64,000 nt of DNA from Amoebidium appalachense (Eukaryota; Protista; Ichthyosporea), in assembly GCA_963693365.1 (NCBI GenBank), contig CAVNZM010000017.1:783989-847988 (forward strand), in the 5' to 3' direction. The translations under genes were made by a program, and so were the position numbers. The first letter of the stretch is position 1. Each line of letters opens with the position of its first letter. Under the pieces are notes generated by a model. The model did no database searches. It had not been told where the DNA came from and saw only the letters and a program-made list of their open reading frames with translations. Below, one piece after another: positions 27,368 through 38,735 of the stretch.

Positions 27368-27899
27368 TAAAGAGCCGGGCATCGTCGTGGGTCCTCAAAA
27401 CAGCGTCGAGGTGGTATGGCATGAATGTTTGTGGGGTGACTCTACCAAAGGTATGAATGGTGTGAATGTTTTGTGGTTGGGGGAGGTTCCCCAGCCACAA
27501 GTGGATGGTCTCAGTGTTTCTTGTCCCAACCCGGTGTTTGTTCTCACCACACCGGAGGGGGTTTCTGTGCCATTGTTTCCGGGAGGGGGGGGGACACACA
27601 CGAGTAAAGGGGGAAGGGGGGGGAAGGCACAGACACGTAGAAACACACCACCACAACAACATACGACGGTTGCAGACACACCTACACCCACACACACACA
27701 CACACATACACCAAACACACACACACCACCCACCCACACATCACACCCACACACTCCACCACCACCCACACCACATACACACCCCACCCCACCCGTGCAG
27801 GCACCACAGGTAGGTATGTTGCACGTAGGTATCGAGGGTGTGAGTCTTCGTGGGCAGGGATTGGGTGTGAGTGATGATGTGTTGCTTGAATTGGAGGAG

Positions 27900-30592
27900 G
27901 ATTTAGGTGGTTTTAGCCGGCATTATATAGACGTATGGTTAGCTGATGGTAAGTTGAAGGCTGTTGCTTTGCTCGATGGAGGGGCTCAGGTTAATTGTGT
28001 GCATGCTTCGTTTATTCGTCGTTTTAATCAGGCCGGGGGGGAAATTCCTATTTTAGATGCTTCTAGCACAGCCTTAGGTAGTGCTAATAATAGTAGTATG
28101 TCTGTGGAAGGTGTTTGTGTGTTGCCGTGTGAGATAGGTGGCCAGGCTATGCATATTGCTTGTTATGTGGTTAAGGATTTAGCTCAAAGTGTTTTGTTGG
28201 GAGCCCCATTTTTCCGTAGACATGTGAATGCTTTGTTTGAACGCACGAATGTTTTAGAATTGCAGTCCGGCATTAAATTAAAACCCATGATGGGCTCGAC
28301 GGTTATCAGTCTGGTGCTAGAACGGTAGCTGAAGTAGTAATCGAGCCTTATCAGTGCCAAACGGTACGTGTCCGGGCCGGCAATCATGTTAGGATAGGGG
28401 ATTTAGGGGTTTTTACTCCGAAAACCCCATTTCAGGAGGTGGCTCAATGGACCCTTAGTAGGGTATGGCCGGATAAGACAATAGAAATAGAATTAGTGAA
28501 TCCGGGCATCGAGCCTATAGTGATTAGGTCAGGTGTTTCCGTCGGTAGTTTCACTAATGAGATTGGTAGTATAGAGGTCTCTCTTATTACCCAAAAGGAG
28601 GATGCCGGCTCGAAGGGTGACTCAGGAGGAGGGGGAACAACTTTATTAAACGTTAGCCACCAAAATGTCACCCGACACGATGGGGGGGGGGACCGGGACA
28701 GCACCGGTCCCACTCCCCCGACCCCCAAGAGGAAGGAGGGTCACCCCGGGTGTGAGAATGTGCAGGCAGGGGGGGACTCGGGTGTTGGTCTAACCCGTGG
28801 ATCTGACGGGTTAACCAACACCGTGGGGGGCAGGGTGGCCACAGACCTGGCCCCCCACATACATGCACTAACTCATCAGGAATTGCCCGGGGGCATGGGT
28901 GTGCCGGGGGGAGGGGGGGGTGCTAAGGGTGACCGCCTATATCCGGAGGTACCTCCACCTCACCCCGAGCAGCACCGATGTAATACAGGAGGTGAAATGT
29001 TAAGTGGCACTCCGGTGAATAAGGATGCATCCACTTGTGATGGGGGTAACCCGGAGTTAGTATTGCCGTTTGGTATGAAGGAGGGGGATTGGACGGTAGA
29101 ACAGAAAAAATTGCTAGCTAAGTTATTTGATAGGACTCGGTTTGCATTTCTGGCCGATGATAACGAAGTAGGCTTCGTTAAAGGGTTTGAAATGCAGATC
29201 GACACAGGTGATAATAGGCCGGTAGTGATGCCTAGCTATAGAATGGAGCAGTATAAATTGTCGGATGCGCTAATAATAGTGAGTGATATGTTCAAGTTAA
29301 AAAAGGGTCATGTAGAGCATAGTTCGAGTCCGTGGAGAAGTCCGGTACTATTGGTTAAGAAGCCCGACGGGTCTTGGCGTCTAGTGAACGATTACAGGGC
29401 TCTGAATCGGATCACTAAGGCAGACCAATGGCCTCTCCCTAACATAGACGAGCAGCTTTCACAGCTGCACGGCTATACTCACTTTGCTAAACTTGATTTA
29501 AAAGCAGCTTTTTGGCAGATAAGGTTGGAGGAGAGCAGCAAGGAGAAGACTGCCTTTGCACTGGGTGACCAGCTGTTCCAGTACAAGGTGGTGCCAATGG
29601 GTTTGCTCTCCTCTCCAGCTATGTTGTGCCGGGTAATGTATAAAATTCTCCACCCTCATTTGGATGTATGCCACCCTTATTTGGATGATGTTTTAATTAA
29701 AGGTAGGTCGTTTGAGGAGTTAGTTAATAATTGTGAAAAAGTATTTTTAGCTTTGGGTGAGTCTGGTCTTCGTATTAGCGGTAGCAAGACTGTGATTGGT
29801 GTGCCGGAGGTTAAGTTTTTAGGTCATATTGTGTCTAGTAATGGTCTTGCCCCTGATCCGGAGAAAATCCGGGCCATAGTTGAGTGGCCCCGTCCTCAGA
29901 CTGTCACTCAACTAAGGCAATTTTTAGGTTTAACTAATTATCTTCGTCGTTATATTAAGGATTATAGTATGCTTGCTTTGCCGTTAACTAGTCAGACGGG
30001 GGGGGAGAAGAAGAATAGAATAGATTGGAATGTTGATGCTGTTTCTGCTTTCGAAAAGCTTAAGTTAGCTTTGCAATCTTCGAGTATGCTTGTTCATCCT
30101 GATTTTTCGGCCGGGGGGGGGATGTTTAAAGTTCGGTGTGATGCAAGTAAGGTTGCTGAGGGGGCCGTGTTATATCAAGTGCAGGAGGGGCAGGATAGGG
30201 TGATTGCTTATGCTAGTCGTTCATTTAGTAAAAGTGAACGTAGATATAGCAATCCAGAGAGAGAGTCCCATGCTATCTTTTGGGCAGTCTCACAGGCATG
30301 GAGGTATATACTCGCAGGCAGGACGTTTGAGGTCTACACCGACCACAAGCCCTGCCTAGCCATGGCCGGCACCACTCGTCTGGTCAACGAGAGGATGCAG
30401 AAGTGGGCCGCGGCTCTCGGTGAGTTCTCCTATAAATTGTTTTATGCCAAGGGTGAAACAATGGTTGACTGTGATGCTCTCTCTCGTGCTGCTTATATTT
30501 TGTTTGAAGAAGAGAAGGAGGGGGAGGGGGGGGCTAGTGAGAGACGGGGGGGGAGGGGGGAAGGGGGGGGGAGAGTGAGCAGAAAGGAATAG
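27900..30592 (+). pseudogene. Ty3 pol: aspartic protease, reverse transcriptase, RNase H (frameshift near 28310-28330)
   Basis: VALLDGGAQVN (PR); SPWRSPVLLVKKPDGSWRLVNDYRALN, LDLKAAFWQI, PMGL, YLDDVLI (RT); CDAS, YSNPERE, YTDHKP, DALSR (RNase H). Confidence 0.95.
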
Positions 30593-30668
30593 ATGCTGTG
30601 TCTGTTGATGTGTCTTCTTGGGTTCCGGGGTTGCTTGCTTATAAGTGTAGGAGAGGGGGGGGAGGTAT

Positions 30669-31719
30669 TTGTCAGTGTCTGAGGTCGGGACCGAGTCTCA
30701 TGGCTCGGCCCCTGCCTTAGCACCTACGGCTTTGATCTTAGCTCAGGAGGAAGATGTGTTGATTGGTCTGGTTAAGAATTATTTAAAGGGGCCGGTTGAT
30801 TCGATTAAATTTAAAAATAAAAGGCAGATGATTAAGGTAGCTAAGTTAGCAAAAATGTGTCAGGTAGAGCAGGATTTAGTTTATCATTGTTCTGGGCCAG
30901 ACGGACACCGAGTTTGGGTCCCGACGGCACTTGTGCCTGAGGTTTTGCATATGGTGCATGAGCATCCCATGGCTGGTCATTTAGGTGTAAATAGGACGTT
31001 GCTTCGTGTTAATCGTTCGTATTTTTGGCCGGGTATGAGTAGGGAGGTGAGGGATTATGTGTTGTCATGCATGCATTGTCAGGAAAGGAATGAGAGTCCC
31101 CACTCTCGTTCCCGCCCGTCGTTTATTATAGGTTAGGTCCGACGGAATATAAGGTGCAGAGGTTAGATAATGAGAGTGATGTTAGATTTTATAATGTAGA
31201 TGATATAAAGGAATATTATGATAGGGCCCTTAGGGTTAAACGGCCGGACTCTCCGAGGGCCGTCGAGTGTTAGATGCATTCACCCCCGACTATGACGGGT
31301 CGGTGGATGTATCGGAGGCTGCAGTAGATAAAATTATGGATAAAAAGGTTATCGAAGGTAAGGAAGGTAAGGTAAATTATTATTTAATTCGTTTTGAGGG
31401 AGGTTATCAGGAAGATCAGTGGTTGCCTGAGTTTCATTTGGATTGCCCGTTTTCTATTCGTGCTTATGAGGCTAGATTAGTGCAGAGGGAGTTGCCTAGT
31501 GCTCCCTCTAGGCCAAAGAGAGTTATTCCTCAGTTTAATCGTGGTTTGAAAAAGTCGACGGGGGAGGGGGCCGGGGGGGGAGTGATGCAAATACACGTAG
31601 ACACACGGGGGGAGGGGGAGGGGGGGGAGGAGACCGAGGAGGAGTGTGAACGTAGTCGTAGGAATTTAATTTATTATCATAGGTGTCTCCGTAGGTATCA
31701 AGCTTATGGTGTAGATTAA
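30669..31719 (+). pseudogene. Integrase remnant: HHCC zinc finger, deleted core, C-terminal domain and chromodomain
   Basis: HEHPMAGHLGVNRT..YFWPGMSREVRDYVLSCMHCQ, then at ~31110 jumps to ..RLGPTEYKV..YNVDDIKEY; chromodomain VDKIMDKK..YYLIRFEGGYQEDQWLPEFHLDC. Confidence 0.88.
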
Positions 31720-31856
31720 TTTATTATTTTTCTTCGTAATTTATTTAATTTTATTTTTTTTGGGAGACTGATTAGTCTATGTCTTTCTAATTAGGGGGTG
31801 TTAGATGTAATGTGACTGAGGTGGGACTCAGCTTTTCCGGGGGCCGGGGGGGGAGT

Positions 31857-32564
31857 TGACATATACTAATCCGTCTCAGCAGATTAGCCTAAGTCTACGA
31901 TCGAGATCGGGGGGGGGGGGGGGGGGCGGGTCCACAGATCATCAAGATCAAGACCGAGGCCTCAAGAAAGCTGTGCAGCTGCGTGCATCATCTTGCCTCT
32001 GCCGGCGCAGGGCAGGACCACGTCAGCTGGGACAGCCGACCAATAGAATTCTAATTAGTGTGTAGGATAGATCGTAGGAGGACTTAGGAATGTGATTGTT
32101 CGGGCAGAAGCCCTTTTGTAAATATTGGCAAGTTCTGATAGTGTATGCTGCCAAACGTATTTATATATTTCGATGACAGAGGAAAGGGGGGAGGGGAGGG
32201 GGGAGGGAGATAGTATGAAATGTAGAATTAGACTCTGCGGTGCCACTAGGGGAAGGGTGAGGGGTGAGACTTGGATAAATACATTAGTTGAGTAGATCGA
32301 CTTAGCTCGTGCAGGCGCACGATAAAAGTAGATCGGAATGTTAATGGAATGTGGCATCGTAGGGGGCCAGGTGATGATGATCTTGTAGGGCACGGCCTTG
32401 ATGGCCACAGTCGTTACTTAGACTCATTCCGTTCGGATCTAAGTTGCCCGTCGGAGCCTGGTCTTAATAAACTTTACCGTTTTTCTGTACACGTTCGTTC
32501 CTTTTCGTGTGTGTACACTTAGTAGAGTGCCACGTCTCTAGTACACATATATTAGGATACGACA
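31857..32564 (+). repeat. 3' LTR (708 bp)
   Basis: TGACATATAC..GGATACGACA. Confidence 0.97.
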
Positions 32565-33505
32565 AAAAGCACACTTTTTTACAGATGTAGGGAGGGAGTG
32601 ATGGGTCGAGGGGCCTTCTTTTTTTGGGGGAGGGGGGGGGAGGGGGGAGGGGGGGGGGGGGGGGGGCTAAATACGCCATTGCTCCCGTCCCGTACTCCTT
32701 CAGATGATAGCGGACTCCTCTGTAGGGTGCCAAAATTTCGTTTGTGTTCGGGTAGCCCTGGTCACCCAGGTAAACTTTCCCCGTCGGCACACGTAAATTT
32801 TGTGGAGGGGGCTGCTCGAGGGCACAGTTCAACACTGTGCTGTCTGCACCACATCCCTCCCCACCGGGCAAACAATATGTGGAATATGCTTCCCAGTCGC
32901 ATGCACCCAATACATTTTGTGCTGTGAAACCTTTCCTGCACCGATACCGATCAGCAGCCTCCGGTTTGACCTTGCACGGAACAAGAGTGCCATCAACTGC
33001 CCCGAGAACAATACGGAAGTAAGGCCAAAACTCAGGGTTTTCACGCACCCAACTAGGCACCATATATGACTCATCGGGTTGAATCATGTATTCTTCCCCG
33101 AGAGCAGCAAGCGTGGCATCGATGCCTTCTCGAAAACGCCTGCAGCACACAATGATGTCTGATTATTTTCCACATTCCTACATATAAGCTTCATTGAAAA
33201 CAACAGCAAAACCTTGAGACAGTGCACGCGCACGTGCACCCTGGACAGTGGAACACAACCCATTCGGAGCATTGTTGTTTAACAAGCACAGACAAATGCT
33301 GCAAACACACAGCCAATAGCATAATTCAACAGGGCAGGAGTCATAGCACTACATACCGGCTCACGGTCTCGGTGCTGTGTTGGAAACGTTCGGCAACGTT
33401 CCTGACTGCAACACCCTGCCCAAGGGTATACAGCATCATGCAGGTAACTTCCTGAGCGTCCATGTTATCACTCTCTTCAATGAATGGAGCCAACTTCTCA
33501 ATTAA

Positions 33506-36454
33506 CTCCCTTGCAACATATGGTGATGCATCCGAAATGTACTCTGATCGGAGAACTTAGCGGCCATAAGTACTCTGACCGCAGTACTTTAGGAATGCTT
33601 GTTTCGGAAGGATACCGCGAGCTATTGGGGCCCAGGAGCCCGCTTTGTTTTTGTACAGCCAGTAAGAAAACATAAGTTTACACCTTTTTTGTCTTTGGTA
33701 CGGTAACTAACATATAAGGCCTTCCCTAGCTTTTATTGGTTGCCGACGCTGTTGCAAGTTTTTGAATTCATGCTCGACAACAACATGATTCATGATCAAA
33801 CGGACGAAACTTGCTGAGTCCGCGAACACAACAAGCCATGGGTTTCATGTGAAAGATGAGCGCCCAACATGGCCGAAACATTAGACCCAATAGAGCCACT
33901 TTATTCTGGAGCTCGTGTCTGTTGTTTTGCATACATATTTGACGGGGTTCAGGGGGAAGATTTCACAGATGACACCACACGTTGGTCTTACAAGAAGTTC
34001 GGCCTGAGTTGGGACACACAAATACTGGTTGGCACAGTAGTGAAACGATGCAAGACAAACGAAGGCAGTGAATGGAAAGTAAAGTTTGATTTTGACGGTA
34101 CTACAGAAGTAGTTCTGCGCCATCAGCTAACTTTAATAGATGAAGAAGACAGTGAACACACAAGTAGCGAGCTAGAGAGTGATAGTGACGAAGATCCAGA
34201 TGGAGACATCCAACTAGTAGAGATTCCTGTCACAGACAGTGAGAATGAAGATGAGATAGAACTTGTAGATGAACAAGTAGAGTTACCTACCCCCACCGAC
34301 CCCACGTGCACCTTGCAATGGACCATTCCAGATGAGCAAGTACTTGACAAAAGAACAGGCCCACGCAGAAAACCAACCATTCCACTAGCACTAAACAAGC
34401 GCAAGAGTGTTCTGTGTTTGTTTGAACACTTCATGCCTATGGAGTATCTCTTCACAGCAGTCATCCACTCACAAACGAAGTAGGTCGTGCACGTTACAAA
34501 AATTGGGTTGACTTAACCCCGGGTGAGCTACTTAGGTGGTTGGGTATGTGGATTTACATGGCTGGAACATTCGAACCCGGCTCGAGATCGAACTACTGGA
34601 CGTCGGCAGCAAAAAACCCAAGCCGCATATTTCCCGTACAAGACTTTGCCCGCTTCATGACCGAACACCGGTTCGAAAACATCCGTGCCTGCTTTACCGT
34701 CACCGACATCACTCAATATCCGGAGGATGATCCACTGAAAGACACACGCGGTTTCCGAAGGAAGCACTGCAGAGTCGGTGCCGTTGCTCTATCGAGCCCG
34801 GGGATGAATTATGCGAAGACGAGGCCATCTTTGCCAGCTATCCAATGATTGCAACCTTCCGTGCCAAATCTACATAAAACGAAAACCCCACCCTCTCGGT
34901 CAAGAAATAAAAACTCTACACGACTGTGTAACCAACATACTCATTAACTTCGAAATGAACGAGGGGAAGCTTAGGATGGCTAGCAAACCGTACCGACAGT
35001 TGGGAGCTGGAACAGGCACCACCTTGCGTCTTCTAACCCCATGGGCCAACCCCGGGCCCACCCACCGTAACCCCAGAACGATTGTCGGAGACAGCTGGTT
35101 TGGGTCAGTAACCGGGACAAGGGAAGTGTACAAAATCGGATTCTACTCACTTTTCAATGTCAAAACCGCAACCAGAGACTTTCCACTCAACATGTTGGAC
35201 CTTCTATGTGAGGAAGGACGTGGTGTATGGTCGGAGGCAGTGTGCAGTGTGGACGGAGTAGACCTCGTTGCGCTGTTATGGAGAAACAAGAACTGTCCTA
35301 CAGTATGAAAGTGATCACCTCATGTTCAAGTACTCAGCCGGGTCAACCGAGAAAATCACGAAACGGAAATGACGTCCCCCAACCGAAAGCAGTCGAAGAA
35401 TACTTCGAAAACTACAACATGGCCGATATATTCAACAAAACACGAATGTTAAACGGCTCTGTGGACGAAGCCTTGGGCACTAAACGTCACCAACTCCGCA
35501 CCTTTGGGGGGCTTCTGGGGTTTGTAGTAGCAAACGTACACTGTGCATACAGATACTTTGGCAAATCCACAAACACGAGCATGGACACAAGGCGTGAGCT
35601 AGCAGAAGCACTCATATGCAACCCCCACCTGCCTGCACTAGAATACCCCCTTCCCCCTGCTGCTCCTGCCCCCCATGCTCTACACGGACACCAGCGTGCC
35701 AGAAAAGAAAGAAAAGGTAGATGCGTTCTCTGCTTTAGGAACAAAGGGGAACGCCACCAGACACATACCTACTGCATCAAGTGTAATGTGTTTCTCTGCA
35801 ATGATCAAACACGTGCATGCTTCGAAAACCACATCACATATGGTGTTCCTCCACGCACACGCACCCAAGTCAACACAAACACAGGCCCGGTACGATCACG
35901 CAGAAACACTACACGTTAAAGTACCTTCTGCCCACTGGTCAGTTTCTGTACATTGCGCAACACTCATTTGTCGTTTTCGGATTAGGGGTGATTTGTTTGG
36001 TTTTTATTCGTTTCTTCGAAACTGTTTGTGGTAACTAGATGCTAAAAGGGTTATTTGAAGTGTGTGTACCGAAAAAAACGAACTTGAAAGCTGATGTCAA
36101 TTTTTCTCAAACGAAAAATGCACCTGTGGTGCAAAAGCAACAACGTGAACGTTTAAAGTATGCATCTTTGGCACGCATTTGTAACAAGTTTGACGTTTTT
36201 CTTGGCTCAGGCCTATGGCCTCCCGGTGCCAGAACCCGTAAAGTGCAAAATAAGCCATACCAACAAGCATTCCGAGAAATTATTGTAGTCATGGGGTGTG
36301 CAAACACTCAAAGTTCTCCGTAAATTGATGCTCAAAATCGTTGAATGCCTACCATTACTTACTAAGCCACTACCCCGCCAAGAATTTTTCTACGGTTTTT
36401 TTGTGATGTGCTTGTTCCCTGTCACGTTAGGGTAAAATGGTGAGAAAAAGAGAG
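33506..36454 (+). mobile_element. piggyBac-like DNA transposon inside the Harbinger transposase gene (boundaries uncertain)
   Basis: Harbinger coding sequence resumes at TTAA 33502-33505; degenerate subterminal inverted motifs CGGAGAACTT and GGAATGCTTGTT at ~33549-33603 and ~36262-36320. Confidence 0.65.
33869..35919 (+). pseudogene. piggyBac-type (DDE_Tnp_1_7) transposase with a stop and frameshifts
   Basis: MTEHRFENIRACF, ELCEDEAIF, YIKRKPHPLGQE, IVGDSWFGS, YNMADIFN and C-terminal RCVLC..THTYCIKCNVFLC..CFENH. Confidence 0.9.
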
Positions 36455-37191
36455 TAACACGTGCAAAACTGACCCTGCGCCAGGCGTTTTTATATGATGA
36501 CGTCATACAGTATTCTGGTTGGAGCATATATCGATTCAGGTCGGATCAATGGACTCACGCGTAGGACATCGTTCACCCATGTCTCGTGAGCTGTGCCAAG
36601 CAGTTCTTGCACATACTCTCTACCACTGAGCGGGGAAGTACGACAGGGCTCTTTGAGCTCTGGGCTATAGGTCAAGGCTGCAATCGCAGCCAAAACGGCT
36701 ATGTTCCGGGCTGCATACATGGTGAGTGTCTCAAATAAAACCGTATACAACTCAGCACTTTCGTGGTTTATTACTGCTTATCACTATGGTGTATATGTGT
36801 AGCGGGTCTGCAATTGCAAGTCACCGACCGGTGATGAACAGCGTGACAGCTGCAGAGCAAATCTAACCCGAAATCGTACGTGGGCTGTTTGGCATCCATG
36901 GGTTATCTACCCGGCTTAACCCAGGTTTCGGCTGAGATCCGGATTCTGCAGCATAATCTGGATCTCGATTTTGATATCCAGATATCCCCCGAAATCCAGA
37001 TTACACTAACCCGCGTTGCCAAACAGGCCCTAAGGGCATGTCGGGGGCTTCAGAGCTCACTCAGTGTGCTCGGCTTACTAGGTGTAAGTAGGACTAGCAC
37101 GTAACTTAGCAAAGCGTGGTCTAGTCAACCCCGTTCATTTACAAATATATTGTTTTGTCACGGACACACGATCTTATTATACAACACTCCT

Positions 37192-37540
37192 TCACGCCCG
37201 ACCTCCGCCTCTGGATCACCGAGCGCCTCCGTCAGTACGAAAATCTTCTGATCGATCGCATCAGCCCCTCTGCTTCGCTTCAGGCGGCCAATCGGGCCCT
37301 CCGTGACCTGCTGCAGCTTTCCGCCCAGCTGCCGCCGGCGCTCGTTACCGCGATCCACTGTGGCATTCCCTGCGACACGCGATGGTGGACCCCTGTGGTG
37401 CGATTGGTGTGCCCGAAGGCTCCATCCGTCGTCTCGGCCACTGGGATTCCTCCGAGTTCCGTAACTACGGTCAGCCCCGGGCGGAACAGTCCGCCGATCG
37501 ATTTTTCTTTGGTGATCTGGCCCCGGTACCTAGGTCCTAG
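37192..37540 (+). pseudogene. Tyrosine recombinase, C-terminal part (frameshifted)
   Basis: From 37361 reads WHSLRHAMVDPCGAIGVPEGSIRRLGHWDSSEFRNY: HxxR, H/W and catalytic Tyr motifs; stop at 37538-37540. Confidence 0.88.
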
Positions 37541-38697
37541 GTTTTCGTTCGCCCTTTTGTTTGGTCGCAGAAGCAATTGGATTCTCAGAAGCCAATCATC
37601 AATAGTGAAACTATTTCGATTGGTTCTTCGAATCATTGACCTGATAAGGTGTAATACACCAATTATCTTTCAAGAAAGAATAATTGCTGTGTATTCCACC
37701 AACCATGGCCTGGCGCTGAATCTTGGCTGCAGGCTATATAAGCTGCAGCCGAGAGAAGTCTTGTCAATGATCAGTCTTCCCTCACTCAGCGCCACTTGTA
37801 CCCAACCCATCCCGCCCGCGTCTTCCTTTACTCTCACTCAGTTTTTGTCTGCTTGCACACACGATTGATAGTTACTAGTAGATTTGGGGGGGTACTGCCG
37901 TGTGGTCGCAGATCTCTTTGTGATTGACTGGTAAACTGGTTTGCCGATCCCAGCCGATCTTGGCCGATCTCAGCTGTTTGAGCTCAAAATAAAGTTGAAA
38001 GCAATTGGATTCTCAGAAGCCAAAAGCAGAGCATGTGGCGGGTCGACATGTACATCCGGCGGATTTTTGGCAACTTCAATATTGTTTAAACAAACCTGTA
38101 GGGTTTGTAAAATACGCGTGTGCGGCGTATTGGCGACTTTTCGCGGTGCATCTTTGAGAGCATTTGGTCAACTCCGTTGTTGATTAGTTGGTGGTAAACA
38201 TCTGTGCAGTGTGGAGATTAAGCACACGCTGGTTACAGGGCTTGCTCTTGAAAAGGTACGAGTTTGCCATATTGTTAGTTTTTTCCTGCGTGCTGCTTTT
38301 TATTCTTTGTGAAATGGAAGAAAATGTGTTTTGTGGAAGGGAGGGTGGAAGGGAATATGTGTTCCGCAGGGTGGATGCTGGTAGCTACCAGTATGATTGT
38401 TATTTTCGTAGTGTAGGAACTACAAGGCAGGACGCTTGCAGCACTGTGCTAGAGCGGGCAAGGGTAGATGTTGTGGTGTGTGAGCTACTTGCACCAGAAA
38501 TATTGCAAGAGCATCTGGGAAATCTTGGTGGTCTTTGTGAGGGACATCCACTCAAACAACCACTAGAATCATATATCGTCCTAGTTAACCAAGGTGATTG
38601 CATCGAAAGTGTTCAGCAGGCGGAGTGTGATCTTAACTTACAGCAATGTGAACGTGAACAACATTTGCTGGATGGCTGAAATTGGGTTCACTCAAAG

Positions 38698-38735
<38 letters not shown>

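Larger units (their letters stand above)
21516..32564 (+). mobile_element. Ty3/gypsy LTR retrotransposon with a chromodomain, internally deleted
   Basis: TG..CA LTRs; 5-bp TSD AAAAG (21511-21515 and 32565-32569); polypurine tract at ~31846-31855; domain order PR-RT-RH-IN-CHD. Confidence 0.96.
20378..36720 (-). pseudogene. Harbinger transposase (DDE_Tnp_4 type), intron-containing, disrupted by insertions
   Basis: Segments ~36559-36720, ~33358-33505 (MMLYTLGQGVAVRNVAERFQHSTETVSR), ~32673-33143 (LGAVDGTLVP..YLGDQGY..PYRGVRYHLKE), ~20805-21048 (ELFNLRHAKARVVIERFYGMLKNRFQIL), ~20378-20489 (RRDQIAAAMWVDY). Confidence 0.92.
19723..37030 (-). mobile_element. PIF/Harbinger DNA transposon
   Basis: TIR GGGCCTGTTTGGCAAC (16 bp perfect, longer imperfect); TAA TSD at 19720-19722 and 37031-37033; subterminal GCCAAACAG and ATCC/GGAT motifs. 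Confidence 0.95.
19268..37186 (+). mobile_element. Solo LTR (~608 bp: 19268-19722 plus 37034-37186) split by the Harbinger element
   Basis: TG..CA ends with imperfect inverted termini (TGTGGTATATAAT / ATTATACAACA); 5-bp TSD CTCCT at 19263-19267 and 37187-37191; CCAAT- and TATA-like motifs inside. Confidence 0.85.
18976..38023 (+). mobile_element. 3' part of a tyrosine-recombinase (DIRS-order, Ngaro/PAT-like) retrotransposon, interrupted by nested elements
   Basis: YR motifs on both sides of the solo LTR; 3' split direct repeats B1 37571-37595, A 37596-37998, B2 37999-38023 (AAGCAATTGGATTCTCAGAAGCCAA twice). Confidence 0.8.
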
